Source of the DNA: an uncultured Enterobacteriaceae bacterium | Lineage (GTDB): Bacteria > Pseudomonadota > Gammaproteobacteria > Eutrophobiales > Eutrophobiaceae | Assembly (NCBI GenBank): GCA_964502505.1 | Contig: CAZCXC010000276.1 | Location: 1 to 34,485 of the forward strand | Direction: 5' to 3' | DNA length: 34,485 bases | Shown: piece by piece, positions 1-8,429 of the stretch | Layout of the letters: each line of letters opens with the position of its first letter | How positions within the stretch are numbered: the first letter of the stretch is position 1 | Position numbers and translations under genes: made by a program | The notes under the pieces: model-generated | The model's input: only the letters and a program-made list of their open reading frames with translations | The model's database searches: none | Told to the model about the DNA's origin: nothing

Positions 1-91
1 TGGCTCATATGCAAAATGTAATGCGTGTGGACGTATTCATTGGTGGAATAAGCCAGTACACATGTTACTACGTAAATGTTAAATATTTACT

Positions 92-325
92 GTGAATAGT
101 CTAAACTTAACCGAGAGCGAGCTTATTGAAGTTACGGGAAAGAAACGCTCAAGTGCTCAAGTGAGAATACTTAGGCAAATTGGCTATGAAGTAAAAGTAA
201 GACCTGATGGCCATCCATTAGTAGCAAGAGAACACTACCTAAGAATAATGGGCGCGTTTGATAAAACAAATAAAGAATATAAACCTGATTTAAGTATTTA
301 TGGGACGAAAGAGAAACTTAACTGA
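92..325 (+). CDS. DUF4224-like small phage-associated protein (possible excision or accessory factor)
   Basis: 77-aa ORF with a GTG start. The pattern LTESELIEVTGKKRSSAQVRILRQIGYEV..RPDGHPLV resembles the DUF4224 signature. It overlaps the integrase start by 26 nt. Confidence 0.55.
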   Translation: MNSLNLTESELIEVTGKKRSSAQVRILRQIGYEVKVRPDGHPLVAREHYLRIMGAFDKTNKEYKPDLSIYGTKEKLN

Positions 326-1337
326 GAACCAAGGACTTCTAAAACGTTGGCGCTATCGTTTCGGGGCTTATTACTATCGTGTCCCTCCAGGTAACGAAAG
401 CCAGTGGGATGGTAAGAAGGATTTCAGATTAGGTAAAACTCTTCCAGAAGCATTACGAGCATGGGCTGACCGTCTTGAGTTAATGGAAGGGGCAAACTCT
501 ATAGCCGACCTTATGGAGCTGTATTCAATAAAGGTCATGCCTGATAAATCATCCACTACTCAATATAGGGAATCAAGAATTATAAAAAGTATTACAGCAA
601 CACTAGGGCATATTCCAATCAATAAACTTAAACCAAAAGACGTAAATCTGGTTAAAACAAAAGAGGCTGAGATACACGGAATTAATACTGCCAATCGGTT
701 TATTTCTATATTGAGTCATGCTTACACTATGGCGTTAGAGTGGGGGCTGTGTGATCAACACCCTATTAAGAACAACATAAGAAAATTTTCTGTTAAACCA
801 CGCGATAGATACTTGGAAGATTGGGAACTTGAAGAAGCCCTAACTGTAGCCCCACAACTTATACTAGCGTATGTGCCGATCAAACAACAAACAGGGTTAC
901 GCAAAGGGGACATGTTGTCGATCAAACTGCAAGACCTAAAGAAAGATGGAATTCATGTAATCCAAAATAAAACAGGTAAGCGAATTATTATTGAATGGAC
1001 ACCAGAGCTTGAGGGTGCAATTGAATATGCAAAATCTACAAGAAAGAAAATAGGATCAATCTGGTTATTCCATACAAACAGGGGACAGCCTTACATTAAT
1101 GAAAAAAAATTAACAACGGGCTTTAACTCAATATGGAAACGCTGGCAAGACAAGGCACTAGAAAAGACAGAGTTAACAGTACATTTTACAGAGAGTGATT
1201 TAAGAGCAAAGACAGCAAGTGACACTACAGAACAACATGCAACAGAGCTATTAGATCATTCAACCAGTGCAGTAACCAGGAAACATTACAGACGTAAAGC
1301 AAAGGTTGTTAAACCCCATTCTTTGCACCATAAGTGA
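300..1337 (+). CDS. Tyrosine-type site-specific integrase (lambda/P4-like)
   Basis: 345 aa. Box I Arg lies in GLRKGDML and box II in SDLRAK. LLDHS and the C-terminal RKHY supply the catalytic His and Tyr. The N-terminal arm-type region reads RWRYRFGAYYYRVP. The box II His position is Ser (see findings). Confidence 0.9.
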   Translation: MGRKRNLTENQGLLKRWRYRFGAYYYRVPPGNESQWDGKKDFRLGKTLPEALRAWADRLELMEGANSIADLMELYSIKVMPDKSSTTQYRESRIIKSITATLGHIPINKLKPKDVNLVKTKEAEIHGINTANRFISILSHAYTMALEWGLCDQHPIKNNIRKFSVKPRDRYLEDWELEEALTVAPQLILAYVPIKQQTGLRKGDMLSIKLQDLKKDGIHVIQNKTGKRIIIEWTPELEGAIEYAKSTRKKIGSIWLFHTNRGQPYINEKKLTTGFNSIWKRWQDKALEKTELTVHFTESDLRAKTASDTTEQHATELLDHSTSAVTRKHYRRKAKVVKPHSLHHK

Positions 1338-1343
1338 TCATCA

Positions 1344-1382
1344 TATGGGTAAAATATGGGAGAAAGTGCTGTTTATGGGAGA
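1344..1382 (+). repeat. Three direct TATGGG repeats (two are TATGGGAGA) just downstream of the integrase
   Basis: TATGGGT at 1344-1350, TATGGGAGA at 1355-1363 and TATGGGAGA at 1374-1382. They may be integrase or Xis arm-type sites or an att-proximal repeat. Confidence 0.3.
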
Positions 1383-1409
1383 GCTTAAAAATTAGGCGCT
1401 CTGAAAGCG

Positions 1410-2048
1410 TTGGTACTAGCTACTATGAGCGGACTTGAACAAACGAATAAGGCAATGACCAAGCCTTATGCTGAGGCCTGTGACAGGAATCAGGAAGCTA
1501 TATATTCAATTATTGAACCGCTATTTTCCCAGTGTAAGGCTGTATTTGAGATAGGAAGCGGAACAGGACAGCATGCGGTTTATTTTGCGAAAAGGCTTCC
1601 ACATTTAATTTGGTATACCAGCGATCTGGAAGAGAACCATACTGGTATTAATTTATGGCTAGAGGAGGCTCACCTTGCTAATACGAGACCACCTACTGTA
1701 TTGGATGTTACACAATCTACTTGGCCTAAGCTGAATGTTGATGCTGTTTTCTCAGCAAATACAGCCCACATTTTGCACTGGAATGGTATTGAAGCTATGT
1801 TCAGTGGTGTGGGCGAGCTTTTACCAAGCGAAGGAATCTTTTCGCTTTATGGGCCGTTTAATTACGGCGGCAAATATACCAGTGATAGTAATGAACGTTT
1901 TGATGGATGGCTAAAGTTGCGTGATCCGAATAGCGCTATACGTAATTTTGAAGATATTAATCAATTGGGAAGTAAAGCTGGCATGATGCTGAAACAGGAT
2001 TGTGAGATGCCTGCCAACAATAGAATACTATGCTGGCAGAAAAAATAA
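1410..2048 (+). CDS. DUF938-family class I SAM-dependent methyltransferase
   Basis: PYAEACDRNQEAI...FEIGSGTGQHAVYFAKRLPHL.WYTSD is typical of DUF938 and contains the G-x-G-x-G SAM motif. The ORF opens with TTG at 1410; ATG at 1425 or 1455 is a more likely true start. Confidence 0.8.
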   Translation: MVLATMSGLEQTNKAMTKPYAEACDRNQEAIYSIIEPLFSQCKAVFEIGSGTGQHAVYFAKRLPHLIWYTSDLEENHTGINLWLEEAHLANTRPPTVLDVTQSTWPKLNVDAVFSANTAHILHWNGIEAMFSGVGELLPSEGIFSLYGPFNYGGKYTSDSNERFDGWLKLRDPNSAIRNFEDINQLGSKAGMMLKQDCEMPANNRILCWQKK

Positions 2049-2051
2049 AAA

Positions 2052-2276
2052 CTATATACCCTTTTGCAAGAGCGTTTTAATTCGCATTGCCTGTTCCTTT
2101 CCTAATTTTTTATCTATATGTGAAACAATCACCACCCCTTTAAGTTGCTTTTGCTTCAAATCTTTTAGTGCTTCTATTATATATTTATCACTCTTATTAG
2201 CCTTAAGTGCATCAATAAGAATTTCAAAGAGTGTTTCAGTCCATAAAGTTTTAGGAGTTGTAGTATGATCTGTCAT
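2052..2276 (-). CDS. Hypothetical small helical protein (74 aa)
   Basis: The charged, helical composition looks protein-like. The overlapping plus-strand ORF (2002-2268) is Cys/Ser/Phe-rich and looks spurious. No recognisable family and a weak RBS. Confidence 0.45.
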   Translation of the reverse strand: MTDHTTTPKTLWTETLFEILIDALKANKSDKYIIEALKDLKQKQLKGVVIVSHIDKKLGKEQAMRIKTLLQKGI

Positions 2277-2355
2277 AATTAATTACCAGATTTTTTTCAT
2301 GTTATGAATAATAATAAGGATAGCTTTAATAATCAATCTCACGCTGGAGAAAGGA

Positions 2356-2529
2356 ATGAACTATTTTAATCGCATTATTATACTCTTAATAACTGTTGTT
2401 GCTCTTGGAACAGCATGTGCCCCTGAAATTGGTAGTGAAAAATGGTGTCAGCAATTATCTGAGAAACCTAAGGGAGATTGGACAGCTAATGAAGCAACTG
2501 ATTATGCAAAACATTGCCTTTTCAAATGA
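2356..2529 (+). CDS. DUF3012-like small lipoprotein (57 aa), absent from the supplied ORF track
   Basis: Hand translation: MNYFNRIIILLITVVALGTACAPEIGSEKWCQQLSEKPKGDWTANEATDYAKHCLFK. It has a signal peptide with a lipobox-like LGTAC and an RBS (GGAGAAAGGA) 5 nt upstream. The KPKGDWT.NEA..YAKHC motif matches my memory of DUF3012. Confidence 0.65.
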   Translation: MNYFNRIIILLITVVALGTACAPEIGSEKWCQQLSEKPKGDWTANEATDYAKHCLFK

Positions 2530-2534
2530 AGTTA

Positions 2535-3158
2535 TCATGGATTAACTATATTTTTAATTGCCAGTTGAGAGCTTTTTGGATCGCCATAATTGACTGGTAG
2601 TTGAGTACAGACATCGTCGGTTTCCAGAAGCAGTGCCGGGAAAGCATTTATACCAAGTTGTTGAGTTAATTTTATTTCTTGCCGCAATACTTCATCGGTA
2701 TTGTGCGAATTCAGATCGTGCTCAAACTTTACTCTGTTGAGACCAACGTCTAATGCAAATGACACCAGTGTTTTACTATCAGAGGGATTACGTGCTTCCA
2801 GATAATAACCATGCTGTATAGCAAGGATCATATCATCTTCATATTTTGCATCTTGATTTCGAGCAGCGATGACGGCACGACAAGCAGGGTATGTTGATCG
2901 GCGTGGTTTACATTTGCTCCAAAATTCAAAGTTGAATTGTGTCTCAGGGACTTGTTGTTGAATAGTCTTCCAATGATTTTGCACATATTGACGCGTTTCT
3001 TCAGGCATGGGTTTATCGGTATCCGGTGCTAATCCACCAAGGAGAAGTTTTAAACGTACCTCTTTTGGTAAGGTGGTAGAAATAACATCATAGGTGGGAC
3101 GAAAGGCCCAACACCAGCTACACATTGGGTCATGAATATAGTACAGCGTGGTGGTCAT
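2535..3158 (-). CDS. DsbA-family thioredoxin-fold protein (CxxC oxidoreductase)
   Basis: 207 aa with N-terminal DPMCSWCWAF (CxxC) in a DsbA-like context. Its ATG overlaps the hxlR-type stop codon (ATGA). Confidence 0.85.
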   Translation of the reverse strand: MTTTLYYIHDPMCSWCWAFRPTYDVISTTLPKEVRLKLLLGGLAPDTDKPMPEETRQYVQNHWKTIQQQVPETQFNFEFWSKCKPRRSTYPACRAVIAARNQDAKYEDDMILAIQHGYYLEARNPSDSKTLVSFALDVGLNRVKFEHDLNSHNTDEVLRQEIKLTQQLGINAFPALLLETDDVCTQLPVNYGDPKSSQLAIKNIVNP

Positions 3159-3529
3159 GAACTATTTGCAATCCGGGGCTTTCGGGTACCGGGTATGTGA
3201 GTACGAGCCCATTTCACAAAAGACTCAATAATCGGAAAGAGCTTATTTCCTGTTTTGGTCAAGTGATATTCGTACCGTGGTGGATTATTCTGGTATGGTG
3301 ATTTTTTGACTAATCCTGCTTTTTCCAGTCGTTTCAACCGTTCAGCCAGGATATTTGTTTTTATATCTTCGCCAGATTGTATAAATTCTGAAAATCGATG
3401 TTTGCCATGAAATAAATCTCTAACTATCAATAATGTCCACTTGTCACCCATAATATCTAATACACAGGCCAATGGGCAATCTGAGCGCTGGAAACTCAAT
3501 TTTTTCAATGGGTTTACTTGTTTAGCCAC
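3155..3529 (-). CDS. HxlR-family winged-helix transcriptional regulator
   Basis: 124 aa. CPLACVLDIMGDKWTLLIVRDLFHGKHRFSEF is a canonical HxlR-family N-terminus. Confidence 0.9.
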   Translation of the reverse strand: MAKQVNPLKKLSFQRSDCPLACVLDIMGDKWTLLIVRDLFHGKHRFSEFIQSGEDIKTNILAERLKRLEKAGLVKKSPYQNNPPRYEYHLTKTGNKLFPIIESFVKWARTHIPGTRKPRIANSS

Positions 3530-3580
3530 TTCAAAATGATAACAGAATTATTAATGACTTGCATTTTGCAATTTACAGTA

Positions 3581-3613
3581 CTATAGTAACTTGCAAATAA
3601 CAAGTAACTATAG
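3581..3613. promoter_or_regulatory. Imperfect 13-bp inverted repeat in the hxlR / hydrolase divergent promoter region (candidate HxlR operator)
   Basis: CTATAGTAACTTG-caaataa-CAAGTAACTATAG, with one mismatch between the arms. It lies between the divergent starts at 3529 and 3636. Confidence 0.4.
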
Positions 3614-3635
3614 GTCAATTAAAGAGGAATATAAT

Positions 3636-4598
3636 ATGGGTACTACAATTCTAATTACCTTTCTCGTCATATTTTTTGCATTAGTCCCGATTTCAATGCT
3701 GGTTGAGTGGATGAGGACAAAACCAGTTGCTCCGACATCTTTGGAATGGGCACCTGATCTATCAATCCAGTACGTCAATATTGATGGTATTAATGCCCGT
3801 TATATCAAAACGGGCAATGGTCCTCCCTTAGTCCTTTTGCATACTCTACGCACACAATTAGATATATTCCAAAAAGTAATTCCAGCCTTATCAAAAGATT
3901 TTACGGTGTATGCTTTTGATTATCCTGGCCATGGCTGGTCAGATATTCCAGATACTGATTACACACCCGATTTATTTAATGATTCAGTCGCAAAATTTTT
4001 AGAGAAGATGAATCTTAATGATGTATTGGTGGCGGGGGTATCTATTGGAGGATCGATTCCATTAATGTTGGCAGGAGCAGGTAACGAGAGGATTAAAGCT
4101 ATCGTCTCTGTGAATCCTTATGATTATGCTGGGAAAGGTGCTGCTCGTGGAAATATTGTTGCTAATATAATTATGACATCTGCACTTATACCGGTATTAG
4201 GCGAGACATTTATGCGATTCCGTAATCCAATGGTTGAAGGGAAGATCTTTGAAGGTGGTGTTTCAACCGCAAGTGCATTACCTAAGGCCTTTCTTAATGA
4301 GTTATTCGTTGTCGGTGAACGACCAGGTCATTATCGATCTTTCATTAATCTCATACGTCACTCATCACTTTTCCAAAAGGCACATGAGCTCTATAACAAA
4401 ATTAATGTTCCTGTACTTCTGGTGTACGGTGAAAAGGATTGGGCCTATGAGTCAGATCGTAAGAAAACCGCATCTGGAATAAATGGTGCAGTAGTAGAAA
4501 TAGTTAAAGATGCTGGTCATTTTTTAACACTCGATCAACCAGAAGCCTTTACACACCATGTACAAAGCTTTGCTAAGAAACTAGGGATTTTGTCGTAA
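3636..4598 (+). CDS. Membrane-anchored alpha/beta-fold hydrolase
   Basis: LVLLHT...FDYPGHGWSD, nucleophile elbow GVSIGG and C-terminal DAGHF. ATG at 3636 is preceded by AAAGAGGAA, so I prefer it to the TTG at 3591. An N-terminal TM helix is present. Confidence 0.85.
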   Translation: MGTTILITFLVIFFALVPISMLVEWMRTKPVAPTSLEWAPDLSIQYVNIDGINARYIKTGNGPPLVLLHTLRTQLDIFQKVIPALSKDFTVYAFDYPGHGWSDIPDTDYTPDLFNDSVAKFLEKMNLNDVLVAGVSIGGSIPLMLAGAGNERIKAIVSVNPYDYAGKGAARGNIVANIIMTSALIPVLGETFMRFRNPMVEGKIFEGGVSTASALPKAFLNELFVVGERPGHYRSFINLIRHSSLFQKAHELYNKINVPVLLVYGEKDWAYESDRKKTASGINGAVVEIVKDAGHFLTLDQPEAFTHHVQSFAKKLGILS

Positions 4599-4654
4599 AG
4601 TGTTGCATGTAGTGCATATCATGATCTCAATTAATTAAATAGGATACACTTATC

Positions 4655-5008
4655 ATGAAAAAAATTACTTTTACTTATCTGGCAAGTTATTTGATTGGTG
4701 GTGGAGTTGGGTTTGCATTTATCCCTGAGCTAACATTAAATCTGTTTTTATCTAATGGTGAGTACGGCAATATAATGCCACGTGTTGTAGGTATGTTTAT
4801 GATGGCGCTTGGAAGTTTAATCGCTTTTATGACAATCAATCAGGATTTTCGTTATTACATCAATACTATTTATATCAGGACAGGAATAACGGCATTTTTA
4901 CTCTGGCTTTATTTCATAAGTAAAGATCCACTCTTTATAGTGCTTATTGTTGTAGTTTTAATCGGGTTGCTACCTTCTTGGTATACATATCTCAGTAAAC
5001 GTGCCTAG
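4655..5008 (+). CDS. Hypothetical integral membrane protein (about 4 TM, 117 aa)
   Basis: Hydrophobic segments run throughout. It follows the hydrolase on the same strand. No family recognised. Confidence 0.55.
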   Translation: MKKITFTYLASYLIGGGVGFAFIPELTLNLFLSNGEYGNIMPRVVGMFMMALGSLIAFMTINQDFRYYINTIYIRTGITAFLLWLYFISKDPLFIVLIVVVLIGLLPSWYTYLSKRA

Positions 5009-5022
5009 CTAATTATTTTTAA

Positions 5023-5841
5023 CTAAGCTGGTGTTGGGTGCCAACCGGCATCTGCCCACAGTTCGCCACTGACGGCTGAATTAGAGATCATAAAACAAAT
5101 CGCATCAGCTATTTCTGTAGGTCTGATCAGACGTCCAAGTTGAGTATCTTTGAGAATATTTTTTTCGATAAATTCATCACCCAGGGCACGTACCATAGGT
5201 GTGTCAGTGAATCCCGGATGGATAACGCCACAGCGTACACCGTGAAACATTGCTTCCATTGTTAAAGTCGCTGCAGCACCTTCAAGACCCGCCTTAGTAC
5301 TGGAATAGGAAATTTGTCCTTTATTTCCTTGTGATGAAATTGATCCAATGAATATTACTGTGCCCTGAATTCGCTCATCAGGGTGCCATTTTTTTAATCC
5401 TTTTCCCACTCGTTGTTCAGCTATACGAGCTACCATTTCCATGGCCCAATAAATGGGCGCTATCAAATTAACTTCAACAACAAGCTGAAATTTTTCTAAT
5501 GGATAAATTTCAGATTTGCCGGTTTCTTTATTAACTTTAACAGCAAGTGCATCTCGGGTAATGCCAGCACAGGGAACACAAATATTAACGGCGTCATATT
5601 GTTCACAAAGCGAGTCATACACACGGGTTCTAAATTCGGGATCTGTTGTGTTTCCCTGGAATGGGATAGCACATTTAGTTTTTGTCTCCTCGTTAATTTG
5701 CTCAGCTGCGAGTTTCACTTCTTCGCTCACATCAACCATACCGATGGCTCTAATACCTCGACTGGCCAGTTCCAGGCATACAGCGTGACCAATACCACTT
5801 GCTGCCCCGGTGACTACGGCGACTTTATCTTTGATTTGCAT
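5023..5841 (-). CDS. Short-chain dehydrogenase/reductase (SDR) family oxidoreductase
   Basis: VTGAASGIGHA (TGxxxGxG) and YSSTKAG (YxxxK). 272 aa. Confidence 0.9.
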   Translation of the reverse strand: MQIKDKVAVVTGAASGIGHAVCLELASRGIRAIGMVDVSEEVKLAAEQINEETKTKCAIPFQGNTTDPEFRTRVYDSLCEQYDAVNICVPCAGITRDALAVKVNKETGKSEIYPLEKFQLVVEVNLIAPIYWAMEMVARIAEQRVGKGLKKWHPDERIQGTVIFIGSISSQGNKGQISYSSTKAGLEGAAATLTMEAMFHGVRCGVIHPGFTDTPMVRALGDEFIEKNILKDTQLGRLIRPTEIADAICFMISNSAVSGELWADAGWHPTPA

Positions 5842-6071
5842 AGGAATTTTTACCTCTTACTGCTATAGCAGGTAGATTAATAGGAATTATTTTAGCCTAT
5901 ATTTGTGCGTCGCACCATCGTTTCTGAACAGGAATTTAGGTTTGATATTTAGTGATAAAAAAACAGCTCAAATTACGTTTTTGGGCATGTGATAATGATA
6001 AATTAATTTCAATAATATCCAGCAAGTGGACAGCAAATTTTATATAGAATCTAATTTTAGTTAGGTTACAA

Positions 6072-6479
6072 ATGAAAACTACCAATACGTTTTTTATTAG
6101 AGGATTATTTTTTGTATGCGTAAATTTTGTGGCACAAAATGTTTTTGCAGATCATTGCCCTTCGATTGAAGATATTACTTATAGACTAATATCTAAAGAT
6201 TATGAGTGGACTGTTGATAAGGGTGTAACTCTGAATGATTTGTTATCTGTTAAGGAGTTGTTTGCAGTAAGTATTGAAAATAATGGTGGATTTGTATCCT
6301 GCAAATATAAAAATGATGAAAAATTTTTGAAATTAGATGGGTTGCCCATAAAAGAAAAATGTCCACTTGTTACTTCTTCTGGCAGCTGGTTTACCACTGG
6401 CACTAAACGATTAGTATGTGATGAAGAAGATTTGGCTTTATGTTTGTTTGATACATACTGTCCTATAGAAAAAAGTTGA
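6072..6479 (+). CDS. Secreted cysteine-rich hypothetical protein (possibly DUF3757-like)
   Basis: The signal peptide ends at VFA-DHCP. The mature part carries 7 Cys. The family assignment is tentative. Confidence 0.55.
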   Translation: MKTTNTFFIRGLFFVCVNFVAQNVFADHCPSIEDITYRLISKDYEWTVDKGVTLNDLLSVKELFAVSIENNGGFVSCKYKNDEKFLKLDGLPIKEKCPLVTSSGSWFTTGTKRLVCDEEDLALCLFDTYCPIEKS

Positions 6480-6505
6480 AATAAGCTTTTCGGGGTTGAA
6501 TAAAT

Positions 6506-8326
6506 TTAACCAGCCTTACGCCGTGAGGCACTTTTTCGTTCATGTTCCAGTAATAATTTTTTGCGTAACCGAATATTTTTAGGTGTAATTTCTACCAGTT
6601 CGTCATCATCTATAAACTCCAATGCTTGTTCAAGGCTGAAACGTACAGGAGGTGTTAATAGAATATTATCATCTTTACCTGCCGCTCTAATATTTGTAAG
6701 TTGTTTGGCTTTAAGTGGGTTGACCACCAAATCATTGTCGCGCGCATGAATACCTACAATCATACCTTCGTATACTTCCACACCTGGTTCAATTAGCATC
6801 TGGCCTCTCTCTTGTAAATTAAATAAAGCATAACCTAGCGTTTTACCATTAGAATTAGCAATGAGTACGCCGTTTATACGATGGCTGGATGCAACATTTT
6901 TTATTGGGCCATAATGATCAAAAACATGGTACAGAAGTCCAGTACCAGAAGTTGCTGTCAAGTATATTGTTCTAAGGCCTATTAAGCCCCGCGCAGGGAT
7001 CATATAGTCAAGTCTTACCCTGCCTTTACCATCAGGCAGCATTTCTTTAAGTTCTCCCCCCCGGGATCCAAGGATTTCCATCACGGCCCCTTGATACGTA
7101 TCTTCCAAGTCTACGGTGAGTTGCTCGAAAGGTTCACATAGATTGCCCTTAACCTCTTTCAGTATGACTTCTGGTCGAGATACACCGAGCTCGTATCCTT
7201 CACGTCGCATAGTTTCTATGAGTATTGACAGATGGAGTTCGCCACGACCAGAGACTATAAACTTGTCTGGGTCATCTGTTTGTTCAACACGTAATGCGAC
7301 ATTATGTTTTAGTTCCTGTTGCAGACGTTCATAAATTTGCCGGGATGTAACATATTTTCCTTCCTTGCCACAGAAAGGGGAATCATTGACCTGAAAAGTC
7401 ATGCTGACTGTAGGTTCGTCAATAGTTAGTGGTGGTAGTGCTTCAGGACATTCAGGTGCACAGAGTGTTTCGGAAATCCCCAAAGTTTCTATACCACTTA
7501 TTGCGACAATGTCTCCAGCGCTTGCTTTAGATATTTCAGAACGTTCTAATCCAAGCAGTTTAAAAATTTGTAATATCCGTCCTTGTCTTTTTTCACCTTT
7601 ATGATTTGTAATAATTACAGGCGTATTCGAATGAATAATACCTCTGGATATTCGGCCAATGCCAATTACACCCACATAATTATTATAATGCAGTGAACTA
7701 ATCTGCATCTGAAATGGGCCATTGGAGTCAATTACAGGTGGTGGTACTTTTGCAACTATCGTTTCAAATAATGCTTGCATATTCCCTGAACGATTAGAAG
7801 AGTTTAGTGAGCTATAGCCATAAAGTGCTGATGTATAGACGACTGGGAAGTCTAGTTGTTCATCGCTAGCACCTAATCGATCAAACAAATCAAATGTGCG
7901 ATCCAATACCCAGTCTGGACGCGCACCTGGGCGATCAATTTTGTTGATTACAACAATAGGCCGAAATCCACGTGCAAGTGCTTTTTGCGTTACAAAGCGT
8001 GTTTGTGGCATCGGCCCATCGACAGCATCGACCAGTAGTAATACGGAATCTGCCATTGATAAAACACGTTCAACTTCACCACCAAAATCGGCATGACCAG
8101 GTGTGTCAATGATATTGATTCGGTATTGCTCCCAATTAATAGCCGTGTTTTTTGCCAGGATGGTAATACCGCGCTCACGTTCCAGATCATTGCTGTCCAT
8201 GACGCGAACTTGTGTTTCTTCACGTAATGAAAGAGTGCCTGATTGGATTAGCAGTTGGTCAACGAGGGTAGTTTTGCCATGGTCGACATGGGCAATAATG
8301 GCAACATTTCTGATCTGTTCTATCAT
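6506..8326 (-). CDS. typA: Translational GTPase TypA/BipA
   Basis: [33 protein letters not shown] and NKIDR. The 606-aa length and the C-terminal domain are typical of BipA. Confidence 0.95.
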   Translation of the reverse strand: MIEQIRNVAIIAHVDHGKTTLVDQLLIQSGTLSLREETQVRVMDSNDLERERGITILAKNTAINWEQYRINIIDTPGHADFGGEVERVLSMADSVLLLVDAVDGPMPQTRFVTQKALARGFRPIVVINKIDRPGARPDWVLDRTFDLFDRLGASDEQLDFPVVYTSALYGYSSLNSSNRSGNMQALFETIVAKVPPPVIDSNGPFQMQISSLHYNNYVGVIGIGRISRGIIHSNTPVIITNHKGEKRQGRILQIFKLLGLERSEISKASAGDIVAISGIETLGISETLCAPECPEALPPLTIDEPTVSMTFQVNDSPFCGKEGKYVTSRQIYERLQQELKHNVALRVEQTDDPDKFIVSGRGELHLSILIETMRREGYELGVSRPEVILKEVKGNLCEPFEQLTVDLEDTYQGAVMEILGSRGGELKEMLPDGKGRVRLDYMIPARGLIGLRTIYLTATSGTGLLYHVFDHYGPIKNVASSHRINGVLIANSNGKTLGYALFNLQERGQMLIEPGVEVYEGMIVGIHARDNDLVVNPLKAKQLTNIRAAGKDDNILLTPPVRFSLEQALEFIDDDELVEITPKNIRLRKKLLLEHERKSASRRKAG

Positions 8327-8429
8327 GGTATATCAAGAGGCTCATAGAAAAGCCGGACATTATAACGAAAAGGAAGATTGTGACACTTGTTATTGTTACT
8401 TTTTCTTTATCAAAGAGGGGGCAATTAAT

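Larger units (their letters stand above)
1..1382 (+). mobile_element. Right-hand end of a phage-like integrated element or genomic island (partial; continues left of the window)
   Basis: A small DUF4224-like gene overlaps a tyrosine integrase gene, the usual prophage or island end module. Three TATGGG direct repeats follow the integrase stop. The boundary is inferred; no att duplication is visible within the window. Confidence 0.4.

Noticed and set aside
1338-1409. Searched for a tRNA or tmRNA 3' end as the integrase attachment site
   Set aside because: No T-arm or acceptor-like sequence (GGTTCGAnTCC...CCA) is visible. Only the TATGGG repeats are present.
2002-2268. Plus-strand 88-aa ORF overlapping the 74-aa minus-strand gene
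   Set aside because: The Cys/Ser/Phe/Ile-rich composition is not protein-like and starts inside the DUF938 gene. The minus-strand reading is more plausible, though itself only moderately supported.
8103-8429. Long N-terminal extension of the FAD monooxygenase ORF (track start 8103)
   Set aside because: The extension runs antisense through the typA 5' end and has a junk-like Ser/Arg/Cys composition. The GxGxxG N-terminus begins right after the ATG at 8430, which has a strong RBS.
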